DNA of 64,000 nt. It comes from Squalus acanthias (lineage: Eukaryota). Shown here piece by piece: positions 1 to 10,992 of this stretch. The stretch lies in contig CM059432.1 in NCBI GenBank assembly GCA_030390025.1, positions 30,382,001 to 30,446,000 on the forward strand, read 5' to 3'. The position numbers and the translations under genes were made by a program. Below the pieces are notes generated by a model, which saw nothing but the letters and a program-made list of their open reading frames with translations, was not told where the DNA came from and ran no database searches. Position 1 is the first letter of the stretch, and every line of letters begins with the position of its first letter.

Positions 1-1678
1 TGACTAGAGGTGCGGCTAGTTCTGGAGCGCAAGTTTTCAACACGACAGCCGGGATGTTGTCTGAGCCCCACAGCCTTTGCTGTATCCAGTGCTCTCAGCT
101 GTTTCTTGATATCACGTGGAGTGAATCTAATTGGCTGAATACTGGCTTCTGTGATGGTGGGGACCTCAGGAGGAGGCCGATATGGATCATCCACTCAGCA
201 CTTCTGGCTGGAGACAGTTGCAAACGCTTCAACCTTGTCTTTTGCACTCACGTGCTGGGCTCCACCATCATTTAGGATGGGGATATTCACAGAGCCTCCT
301 CCTCCTCCTGTTAGTTGTTTAATTGTCCACCACCATTCACGACTGGATGTGGCTGGACTGCAGAGCTTTGATGTGATCCGTTGATTGTGGGATCACTTAG
401 CTCTGTCTATAGCATGCTGCTTCACTGATTAGCATGCATGTAGTCCTGTGTTGTAGCTTCCCTAGGTTGGCACCTCATTTTTAGGTACACTTGCTGCTGC
501 TCCTGGCATGCTCTTCTGCACTCCTCATTGAACCAGGGTTGGTCCCCTGGTTTGATGGTAATGGTAGAGTGAGGGATATGCTGGGCCATGAGGTTACAAA
601 TTGTGGTGGATTCAATTCTGCTGCTGCTGATGGCCCACAGCGCCTCATGGATGCCCGGTTTTGAGCTGCTAGATCTGTTCTGAATCTATTCCATTTAGCA
701 CGGTGGTAGTGCCACACAACACGATGGAGGGTGTCCTTAGTGTGAAGACGGGTCTACATCTCCACAAGGATTCTACAGTGGTCACTGCTACCAATGCTGT
801 CATGGACAGATGGATCTGCGACAGGTAGATTGGTGAGGACGAGGTCAAGTAGGTTTTTCCCTCGTGTTGGTTCTCTCACCACCTCTCGCAGGCCCAGTCT
901 CGCAACTATGCCCTTTAGGACGCGGCCAGCTCAGTTAGTAATGGTGCTGCTAAGCCACTCTTGGTGATGGACATCGAAATCCTCCACCCAGAGTACATTC
1001 TATGCCCTTGCTACCATCAATGCTTTTTCCAAGTGGTGTTCAACATGGAGGAGTACTGATTCATCAGCTGAGAGAGGGCAGTAGGTGGTAATCAGCAGGG
1101 GGTTTCCTTGCCCATGCTTGACCTGAAGCCATAAGACTTCATGGGGTCCGGAGTCAATGTTGAGGACTCCCAGGGCCACTCCCTCCCGACTGTAAAGCAC
1201 TGTGCCGCCACCTCTGGTGGGTCTGTCCTGCCGGTGGGACAGGACATACCCAGGGATGGTGATGGAGGAGTTTGGGACATTGGCTGAAAGGTATGATTCT
1301 GTGAGTACGACTGTGTCAGGCTGTTGCTTGACTAGTCTGTGGGACAGCTCTCCCAATTTTGGCACAAGTCCCCAGATGTTGGTGAGGAGGACTTTGTAGG
1401 GTCGACTGTGCTGGGTGTGCCGTTGTCATGACCGAAGCCGATGGCAGGTGGTCCGTCTGGTTTTATTCTTCTTATTGTTTTTCGCAGCGTTTTTTTTACT
1501 ACTGAGTGGCTTGCTAGGCCATTTCATAAGGCAGTTAAGAGTCAACCATATTGCTGTGGGTCTGGAGTCACATATAGGCCAGACCAGGTAAGGACTGCAG
1601 ATTTCCTTCCCATTAGTGAACCAGATGGGTTTTTATGACAATCTGATAGTTTCATGGTATCACCATAACTGAAACTAA
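1..1678 (-). mobile_element. 5' part of a CR1/L2-group (Crack-like) LINE, 'family X': APE endonuclease region plus short 5' leader
   Basis: ORF 1000-1365 (PKLGELSHRLVKQQPDTVVLTESYL...RQDRPTRGGG) has APE motifs; collinear with the copy at 39070-40250. Confidence 0.88.
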
Positions 1679-2478
1679 GGGCTGGATTTTGTCAATGGGG
1701 AGCTTTTGGAGGCGGGACTCCCACTTGTCGGGTTTCAGTCCCGCCTCCATCAACTTCTGGCCAACCCATGCTATTTTCCCTTGATTGACCTTGTTAAGCC
1801 CACCCAGCGGGCTTAGCAGGCCAATTAAGGGAAAGTCGGTTACAGAGAATGTCAGTGGATGACGTTCCATCTGTCAAAAATTTTTGACAGATGAATTGTC
1901 ATCGTTTGACAGCTCTGTGAAGACCTCATCAAACACTGACATTCTCTGTAGTTTGATGAGGTCTTGAATTCAAGACTCATCAAACCTCTTTCTTTAGCAG
2001 AAATTAGATGGTTGCTGCATTGAAGAATGCAACGGCCATCTGTCATCTCTGCCGCGGAGGTCCGAGACTCCGCATCCTCAACTCTTGAAGCCTGCAGGAA
2101 GAAACAAAGGTAAGTAAACTTTTTCTAACACTTTCCACTGACCTCACATACTCACCTCTCCACACTTGCACCCATCACTTACCTTCACAGCCCACTTTTG
2201 CACCCCGCAGACCCCCGCAGACCCACTGCTTGCCTCGGTGACCCTGGCAGGGTTCACAGCCTTCGGGAAGCCCGCACTTGTGTGGGTAAAATGGGGATAA
2301 TCCTCTTATCTGCCTGTTAACTACCTGTTAACAGGCAGTTAAGTGGCTGTAATCCCCTTCCCGCCTCCAAGGAGACGGGACCCAGTGCTGGTCAGCTACC
2401 CGCCTCCTGGCAAGATGGCACGGAGGTAGGTTGGGGGCGGGATGGGCACCCGCCCCCAGATTCTGCCATTTTCCCGGG
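1679..2478. mobile_element. Harbinger-type non-autonomous element, right TIR lost
   Basis: Begins TAA|GGGCTGGATTTT, the same TIR as 40878; CCCGCCTCC subterminal motifs; interrupts the family X leader. Confidence 0.65.
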
Positions 2479-2518
2479 ATTACTAGTCCAGTAACATAAC
2501 CACTATGCTACCGTTCCC
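2479..2518 (-). mobile_element. tRNA-like head remnant (A box) of the family X LINE
   Basis: Reverse complement GGTAGCATAGTGGTTATGTTACTGGACTAGTAA; matches 44010-44050. Confidence 0.65.
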
Positions 2519-2572
2519 TTTTTGCAGTGATGTAAGCAAAATTGACGCCGAGCCAAAAAAGGGAGAGATTAG

Positions 2573-3792
2573 GGCCTAGAAATTGGGCCAGTTACTGCCA
2601 CCCGTTAGCGGCAGAATCCTCAAAAAAAATGGTGGCCGCCGCTCTAATGCCCACCTCTGGCATGGGACACGGGCGCCGATATTTTGCTGAGGGCCATAGC
2701 ACTGCCGTTAGCAGCGCTGGCCCTGACATGCAAATATGGAGAGCGTGACATCTGTCAGCGTACAACACCGACTTAACGCCACACTCTGCGAACCTGGACC
2801 TTTGCGTTGAGTTGGTCCTATGCTTGCTCTGAAAAGCGAGCGTGCAGCAGACTGACAGAGACGCTGTCAGCACTTCTTAAATGGATACACACATCTTTCA
2901 GGTAAGTTTGCATTTCAGCTTTTGCAGTGTTTATTTCACTATTTTATTGTAGGAATGGGAGGTGTGCCTCGTGTTTGGTACAGATTGTTGGTAGGTGAGT
3001 GATTGGCGGGGTGCGGGGGGGGGGCGAGGGGGTGTGCATTGAGCAGCGTGCGAGGCTAGAGGCGCAGTTGGTAGGAGACGGCTTTTGAAGATCCATTCAC
3101 TGACCTTGAACACTGTTTTGAGGTCATGAAGCTTCTTTGGGCACTGGAGCCACGTCGTGGGGGCAACACTGTGGCATTGACGACCTCGATGATCTGGTCC
3201 CACCTCCTTCTTTCTGGAGGGCCTCCTGGTCCCTGTGGTTTGAGGACCTCTCTTGCAATGTTGACCCCCTGCACAAAGGTGGAGTGCTGCAGTGCGAGAC
3301 CCTGGGTGCCCTTCGCTGGCTTGCTGAGCCATTTGTGTTAGTGCTGAAGCACTTTTCCCATTTTTTAGGTGCGGAAGGCAATTCAGCTTCAAGAGCTGAA
3401 GACTGCTATTTGGAAATTCTTTTTAATTTTAATTTTTTTTTCAGAAGACATTGAGCTCTAAGAGCTAAAAACTGCCTATTTTTAAAAGATTTAAAAAATC
3501 TTTTTCATTTTAGAAGGCAGTTCTCCTTTCAGGGACCGCACTGCTTTCTAAAATGACAGCCTTGCTTTAAGAGAAGGCTGTTTTTGCTGCAATGTCGCTA
3601 CGGCCACGCTACATTGGGCCTCCTGCTGAGACTACCGCCAGGAAAACCGGCCTTGCACAGTGAGTTTAGCGCTGCGCTATTTAGCAAGCAGCATCAGTAT
3701 ACCAGTGCTGCCAGGGCCATTAATTTCAGCGTCCGTTAACTGCGGCCTACGGTGCCACTGGTGGGTTTCCAGTGCTCTCGAATTTCTAGGCC
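2573..3792 (-). mobile_element. Non-autonomous Harbinger carrying a decayed Myb/SANT exon
   Basis: TIR GGCCTAGAAATT/AATTTCTAGGCC, TSD TAG/TAG; minus-strand frameshifted peptides RRWDQIIEVVNAT and TTWLQCPKKLHDLK; splits an L2 3' end. Confidence 0.8.
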
Positions 3793-3795
3793 TAG

Positions 3796-4030
3796 GAGTG
3801 GTGGGCAAAAGCTTGATTGAAGAGGTTGTTTTTAACAAGGGTCTAACAGAAGGAGTGGGAGGTGGAGAGGCTGAGGGATTTAGGGGAGGAACCTAGCCAC
3901 AGTCGCCAATGGGGGAGCAAAAGGCGGAAGGCATGCACAAGAAGTCAGAAAGAGGAATGGGGAGTTTGAGGGGCAGGTTGTAGGGTTAGGAGGGCTTATG
4001 GACTGATTCAGACAAGGATATGAATTTTAC
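3796..4030 (-). mobile_element. Decayed L2 LINE 3' fragment (continues from 2525-2572)
   Basis: Collinear with the L2 3' end at 44820-45140. Confidence 0.6.
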
Positions 4031-4402
4031 ATTTGCCTTATTCTTTCACCACAGAGTGCTCACACCTAGTCACCAATGTGCATGCTGGGAGTGTTCTCCA
4101 CAGTGTGCTCACACCTAGTCACGAAACTGCATGCAATGACATACTAGTGAGTTCCCTAGGCTACAGCACAGTTCAGTTAATCTCATCACTAGCACTGGGT
4201 GAAGCTAACGCTAGAAAAAGAGTTCTGTAACACAGAATATGATGTAGTATATTTATAGTGCTGTTATGAACAGCTGAAAATTCTGTTGTAACTTGTCAAT
4301 CGATAGCTCATTTTGGAAACAGATATTAAGATGGATTGTGTCACAGTTGCAGTTTTATGGATGGTAACCAAGGCTTTTGATTCTGTTATCCACAATAAGC
4401 TT

Positions 4403-5145
4403 AAGTGTGCCAGTGCAGCCTTCGGTCGCCTGAGGAAGAGAGTGTTTGAAGACCAGGACCTCAAACCCGGCACCAAGCTCATGGTCTACAGAGCAGTAGT
4501 GATACCCGCCCTGCTGTATGCCTCAGAGACATGGACCATGTACAGCAGGCACCTCAAAGCACTGGAGAGGTACCACCAACGCTGCCTCCGCAAGATCCTG
4601 CAAATCCATTGGCAGGATAGGCGCACCAACGTCAGTGTTCTCGCTCAGGCCAACATCCCCAGCATCGAAGCTTTGACCACGCTCGATCAGCTCCGATGGA
4701 CGGGTCACGTCGTCCGCATGCCCGATACGAGACTCCCAAAACAAGTGCTCTACTCAGAGCTCCAACACGGCAAGGTGCCCAGGTGGGCAGAGGAAACGCT
4801 TCAAAGTCATCCTCAAAGCCGCCTTGAAAAAGTGTAACATCCCCACCGACACCTGGGAATCCCTGGCCCAAGACCGTACAAAGTGTAGGAGAAGCATCCG
4901 GGAAGGCGCCGAATACCTCGAGTCTCTTCGCCGGGAGCAAGCGGAAGCCAAGCGCAAACAGCGGAAGGAGTGCACATCAACCCAAGCACCCCACCCACCC
5001 GCCCCTTCAACCACCGTCTTTCCCAACTGTGACAGAGACTGTAGGTCCCGCATTGGACTCGTCAGTCACCTGAGAACTCATTTTTAATGTGGAAGCAAGT
5101 CATCTTCAGTTCCGAGGGACTGCCTAAGAAGAAGAAGAAGAAGAA
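4403..5145 (+). mobile_element. RTE-clade LINE, 5'-truncated 3' end
   Basis: ASAAFGRLRKRVF...LLYASETW...LRWTGHVVRMPDTRLPKQ; terminal C2H2-like remnant; (AAG)n tail. Confidence 0.9.
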
Positions 5146-5716
5146 TGGTTGCCAAACTACAAAGGGCTCATTTCGCCTCTATGTGCAGCGTCACCAGTCT
5201 ACAGTCAGATGCAACGGCAAGCACACAAACTGGGATCAATCAGGCATCCCATTCACCGTATGTGAATCTTGGGTGCCTGCTGATTGTGGGAGCATTCATG
5301 ATAGCATAGGATCAGAGGTCACAAAACAATGCGTGAGAAAGAGAGTGAGAGAAATGACTTGAACCTGGGGAACTTCCACAATTTGTGGTGCTGCTGATGA
5401 ACCTGATAAAGCCAGAACGATGGCCAGTGTCAGAAGTGGAGCTGTCACACTGGTGCTATTAGGGAGGGGGGAGGAAAAAGAGATGCTTCTGAGCTTGAAG
5501 TTAAATGCATTTAATTGGATTTTCACAGAGCTTCTATTGCTTCTTATCTAGGCTGTAAGACTAAGGTGAATCCCGACCGAAGCATAGGTTGGGAGTTTGC
5601 AAGATTTAGTTTGCAAAGCAGACTCTGCATTCATCCCAAATTATGTGCAATTCAAACATCCTTTTAGGGCAGTAAATGAAGAGTGGGTGAATGCAAATAT
5701 CAAACTACATGCTCCA

Positions 5717-7270
5717 ATAAAAACAGAAAATTGTGGAAACACTCAGCAGGTGAGCCAGCATCTGTGGAGCGCACAGCCAAGTTAACGTTTTGGGAATATA
5801 ACCCTTCATCTGAACAAGAAACAATTACAGATTTACAGCAGTTGAAAAGGAACAGATCGAAGGGAAGGGGAGGAAAATATCACACACACGAGAGAAAAGT
5901 AGAATAACCTGAAAAGAAGCTTAAATCAAAGGCAGGAGATGGTTAAATGATTGAAGTGATATTAGCATGAGACAATAGGAAGATGCATAATAAAATAAAG
6001 TGAAGACATTTAAGAGACATAAGAATTGCTCGATGAATAGAGACCGAGGTCCATCTGGTTCGCCTTCTAGCATCCTGGTAGTCGCATGATTCAATGATAA
6101 TGGTGTTGTTGACTAATTATAGCAATCAATCTCTATCAATTAGTTGACAATAGAGCCAGACATGAGGTGAGGAAAACCCCAGTGGTGGCGAGCTCTGGGA
6201 ACCACAGGTCCAAAATCACCTGTTCCTCCCAAGCTTGCGATAGTGACAGAGGGAATGTGTGAATTGCTGAGGTGTTCAGGGCGGTAAGACGGATCTGAAA
6301 TTTAAACAGGAGAAGCTGATAAAGTGGCAAAAGTTAGGGTCTGACGTTATTAAAGTCAATATTAAGACCAGAGGTCTGCAAATTGCCTAATAGGTTTGCA
6401 TTGAGCTTCGGGCAACACGGTGGCATAGTGGTTAGCACTGGTACCTCACAGCGCCAGGGACCCGGGTTCGAATCTGACCTCGGGTGACTGTCTGTGTGGA
6501 GTTTGCACATTCTCCCAGTGTCTGCGTGGGTTTCCTCCGGGTGCTCCGGTTTCCTCCCACAGTCCAAAAATGTGCGGGTTAGGTTGATATGGCTATGATA
6601 AATTGACCCTTAGTGTTAGGGGGGTATTAAATATGTGGGGTTATGGGGATAGGATATGTTAGGGGGAATTAAATACGTGGGGTTACGGGGGTAGGGTGGG
6701 ATATGTGTACTGTGGGGATTAAAGCAGGGACAGGGTACTGGATTTGGATGATCAGCCATGATCGTATTGAATGGTGGAGCAGGCTCGACGGGCCGAATGG
6801 CCTACTCCTGCTCCTAGATTCTATGTTTCTATGTTTCATTGAAACAGTATAGAAGGTCAAAGATGGAGAGATCAGAATGGATGTGGACGGGGAATTGAAG
6901 TAGCAAGCAACAAGGAGCTTGGGGTCGAACTTACGGACATAATGGAGAAATTTGACAAAGTGGTGACAAATTCTGCATTTGCTCTCCCCAGCATAGAGGA
7001 GACCGCACTGTGAACAGCAAATGTGGTTAGTAAGTTGGAGGAAATACACCTAAATTGCTGTTTCACAAGGCAGAAGTATTTGACCTTGGACAGTAGTGTG
7101 AGAGGAGGTGAATGGGCAGGGACTGCATCTCATACATTTTCACAGGAAAGTGTGAGGGGAAGAACAGTGGTCAGGGTTGTGGAAGAGTGAACTAGGGTGT
7201 CATGGAGAGAATGGTCCCTTTGGAAAGAAGAGAGGGGAGGGGAAGGAAAGATGCATTTAGTGGTAGACTT
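5717..7270 (-). mobile_element. Decayed Penelope-like element (GIY-YIG end plus pLTR), interrupted
   Basis: ORF 6669-7049 ICCSQCGLLYAGESKCR...LLVACYFNSP is GIY-YIG-like; pLTR with a degenerate hammerhead at 5780-5815; homologous to 18258-18837. Confidence 0.75.
6410..6837 (+). mobile_element. HE1-like V-SINE with CR1-derived tail
   Basis: A box TGGCATAGTGG, B box GGTTCGAATC, V domain TGTGTGGAGTTTGCACATTCTCCC...GGGTTTCCTCCGGGTGCTCCGGTTTCCTCCCACA, CR1 3'UTR and TTCTATGT tail. Confidence 0.9.
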
Positions 7271-7419
7271 CTCATTAGTTTGGTTTGGAGACAGTGAAAT
7301 GTGGTGGTGACTACCTGCACATGTCAGATAACTGGCTGACCAAAAAAGAGCTGCCGGCTAATCTAAGGGTCTTTTCTCTATGGACTTGCGTTTACTAAAC
7401 CACCTTTTACTTTTCCTGT

Positions 7420-7812
7420 CAGTCTTCTCTATTATTCCCCTACTGTCCGATTCTCGATGAGATACTCTTTCACAGGCACCAGTAGCTCTTCAATATACCA
7501 CTCAAGTGCCCATTCTTCATTTATGAGCTTAGGCAGTGTCAGCAGCTATTTGACTATGATGGGCAGCATCACTGATACAGCCTGATCCTGTCTTCACCCA
7601 ATGTTCACGTAAATACAGTTTCCAGCAGGGGTCAATGGATAGTGATCAGGAGCAGGAACTGTGGCTGATTTCCCCCTCCCCACTCCCTTAGGATCTAGAG
7701 ACCATCACGGCCACCAAGTTGAGATCACCTAACCCAACACACAGACCCAGAACCAAACCGGGGACCTTCCTAGTCTGTATGGCTGAGTAACACAGCAGAC
7801 AGTGCACTGAGT
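7420..7812 (-). mobile_element. Old tRNA-derived SINE (putative)
   Basis: Reverse complement head CTCAGCCATACAGACTAGGAAGGTCCCCGGTTTG is tRNA-like. Confidence 0.45.
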
Positions 7813-8399
7813 AAATCAGAGATAAAGTTGGCTGGGATCTTCCTCCCATCTCTCTGGGTTAGAGTCAAACACAGGTCTCAGAATGATCAGTGCTCTTTAT
7901 CACAGAGTCTGCTTCAAATACTTTTTGCTTTATTAAAATGACAGATGGCCATCTGTGTTTAATTTCTCTCTTAGACAAATATTATGAGCCGTCTAATAAA
8001 ACCAAAGGTCCCGCAATTTCCCATTGATTTCTTATCACTCAGTTTAAGTGGTCCCAAGGCAGTGTTTATACTCAATTCACACACTCATGGAAACATCCAT
8101 GATTAACTGCCAGTCAAAGCGATTAATCAATTAACATTCATTATAGACTTTACAAGCATTACAGTTTTTCAATTATTGCTCAGCAGCTGTGAGGAGGCCC
8201 ATCTGCTACAAAATTCATAACGTCCCTGTCCACTTGCACTCAACTGCTGTTTATTTGTCTGCAATGAATATGAGTAAAGAAAGGGAGTGCGGAAAACCGA
8301 AGGCACTTCTCCAGACTGAGAATTCATAACTGCTGCCAGCACTAAGCAGAATTCCTCCCTTTATTTCCTTTTGAAAGCTTTAGTTCCATTTCTGTTAAA

Positions 8400-8790
8400 T
8401 CACTCCCCCGCCCCCACTGGACAATGCTACGCCCTCCCCACCCCCACCCCCCGGCCAACTATAACTCCCCCAGGCCAACACTACATCCCCCCTCACCCAC
8501 CTGCCCCCAGCCAGCTCTATCCCCCACCCTGCCCCTCTCCCAGCCAATGATCGCTTCTCTCAGGCCAATGCTACATTCACCCCCCCCCCACCCCAACCAA
8601 CGCTATCACCCCACCACTTCCAACGCTACCACCCTCCCAGCCACCACTAACTTCCCCACCCCCCCACCAGTCAATGATCACTTCCCCTCCCCCCACCGGC
8701 CAACCATCACTTCCTCTGACCAACAATCGCTCCCCACCGGCCAACCATCGCCTCCGGCCAGAGTCCCAATCACCTATGCTTCCTCACTTA
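8400..8790. repeat. C-rich low-complexity tract
   Basis: Runs of C interspersed with recurring CCAAC/GGCCAA units. Confidence 0.7.
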
Positions 8791-8934
8791 CCTGAAAGCC
8801 ACTGCAACGCAAGCAGTGACTTGATCTTCATTGACAATTCTCTGTCAGCTCTGTTGAGATGAGGCCCAATATCAGGAGTGCCTCGGGCCTTATCATTCAG
8901 GCGCTGAGAATGAAACCTTCGCGCAGCTGAATCA

Positions 8935-9215
8935 TCTCCGAGTCCCCAACATCAACATCCTGGGGGTCGCCAATGCCATTGACCAGTAACTCAACTGGAC
9001 CAGCCACATAATTGCTGTGGCTACTCGGCTGGGTATTCTGTGGTGAGTGTCTCACCTCCTGTCTCCCCAAACCCTCTCCACCACCTACAAGGCACACTTC
9101 AGCAGTGTGTTGGAATACTCTCCACTTGCCTGGATGCATGCAGCTGCAATAACACTCAAGAAGCTCGACACCATCTACAGGATGCACGGCAGCAACTCGC
9201 CAAGGCTTCTTTGAC
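8935..9215 (+). mobile_element. Family X LINE RT C-terminal fragment
   Basis: Reverse complement matches 11800-12145. Confidence 0.75.
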
Positions 9216-9725
9216 GCCCAGATCCCACAAACAGCAATGAAGCAAATGACCAGCAAATCTATTTTTGGTGGTACTGATTGAGGGGCAAATGTTGGCCAGC
9301 ACCCTGCTCATTTAAATAGTGTCGTGGAATCTTTAATAACCCCCAGAACTGGGAGACAGGGCCTCAGTTTAACATCTTTGAGTAAATGTCCAATCCACAA
9401 TCTCAGTGGGAAACTATACTCGAAGGAAGCATGTTTTAAGAATTGGTGCAGTTCTGTAGCTTTATCTCTGACCCACATTCCTTTCGAACTGGTTGCCGAC
9501 TGGAAGTGCAGGATCAGTAAATTTAACTCTCAATTCATATAGCCTCTTACTGCCGAATCCCCCCTCCCACCTGGCGGCCAGGTAGTGGATCGGGCTGGGT
9601 TCGGAGAAAATGTATGGAAATAAATCAGCAATGCCTTGACCTTTAAGTTACGTCCGAGTGCGTCACCCGCTTCAGGTCTCACAGTCACCATTCCCGCCCA
9701 CCCCCCCAATTAAAATCGGGACCAT

Positions 9726-10105
9726 AAGGTCATGGGTTCAAGCCCCACTTCAAGGATTTGAGCACATAATCTAGGCTGACACTTCAGTACAGTACTGAGG
9801 GAGTGCTGTACTGTTGGGGGTGCCGTCTTTCAGATAAGATGTTAAACTGAGGCCCTTGTCTACCCTCTCAGGTGGACATAAAAGATCCCTGAGCACTATT
9901 TTAAAGAAGAGCAGGGGCATTCTGCCAGTGTCCTAGCCAATAGTCCCTCAACCAACATCATTAAAACAGATTATCTGGTCATTATCACATTACTGTTTGG
10001 GGGTCCTTGCTGTGTTTCCCTACATTACAACAGTAGCTACACATCAAAAGTATTTCATGAGCTGTGAAGTGCTTTGGGATGACCTGAGATCGTGAAATGC
10101 GTTTC
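9726..10105 (+). mobile_element. SacSINE1-like Deu-SINE
   Basis: B box GGTTCAAGCCC, Deu-like core GATGTTAAACTGAGGCCC...AAAAGATCCC, L2-like tail; same family as 58311-58768. Confidence 0.8.
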
Positions 10106-10151
10106 TTTATCCAAAACGCTTGGCTGCTTCCCTGAGAGCTACCAAAACTGA

Positions 10152-10992
10152 TGGGAGGGATTAGGTTTAACCCCAAAAAACAGGTGGGTTGGGGTCGGGT
10201 GGGAGGTTAACGTGTTAAAAATCTGAATCTCCACCCCAACCCCCCTCCAACCTGCCCACTTCCTGTTTTAACGGCGACGAGATGGGGGGGCGGATGCCCA
10301 ACCCGCTCCCAGGAGGCGGGTTGGCACTTTAAAAATTATAATGAGGCTGCGTGCCTCATTTTGAAGCTCCATTTTAAATTTAACTCTGGCTGACTGGGTT
10401 TCCTGGGCCTCGGGGAACCCACCAGCTAAAGGAAGGCGAGGACTGCTGGATCCAGGAGGTAAGTGCCTTGCCTTTCACTGGATCCAGCGTAACTGCCTTG
10501 CCAACCCCCCGTGATCAGAACCCCCCCCACCCTAACCTTTCTAATCTCCCTTGACCTCCCCACACGGGGCCTCCAACTTCTCCCCAACCCACCCTCACGA
10601 GGTCTCCGATCTCCAATCCCCCCCTCCGGCGTCCGATACCCGGCCCCTGACCCCCCCTACAACCTCCAACCTTCCGACCCCCTGCAACCTCCATCCTTCT
10701 GACCCCCTCTGACGATCTCCAGCCTTCTAACCACCCTTGCCATCCCTCTCTCCCTCCCTCCTCTCTGTGGCCTGGTGCTGCAGGCCTACCCGCCCGATAG
10801 CCAGCCAACCTCTCCATCTGGCTGGCTATCGGGCAGAAAACAGAGAAGCAAAATATTATTCAGGTCTTGTCATTAAATTCGGCAGGACCTGAAGGAAACC
10901 CGTTCTTCCAGGTTTTCCGAATGCAATCAAGCCCCACCACCCTCCCCCCACCTCTGCCACTCTCAACCCGCCTCCAAGTTAAAATTCTGGCC
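10152..10992. mobile_element. Harbinger-type MITE (degenerate left TIR)
   Basis: Right end GTTAAAATTCTGGCC|TAG; CCCGCC subterminal motifs; C-rich core. Confidence 0.5.

Noticed and set aside
4049..4122. Short direct repeat CACAG.GTGCTCACACCTAGTCAC with spacer, CRISPR-like
   Set aside because: Only two units in eukaryotic DNA; a local duplication
6410..6485. tRNA gene (also 43960-44050 and 58700-58768)
   Set aside because: These are retroelement heads continuing into SINE/LINE bodies, without a full cloverleaf or terminator
8424..8795. Proline-rich ORF (also 10511-10817)
   Set aside because: Arises from C-rich low-complexity sequence
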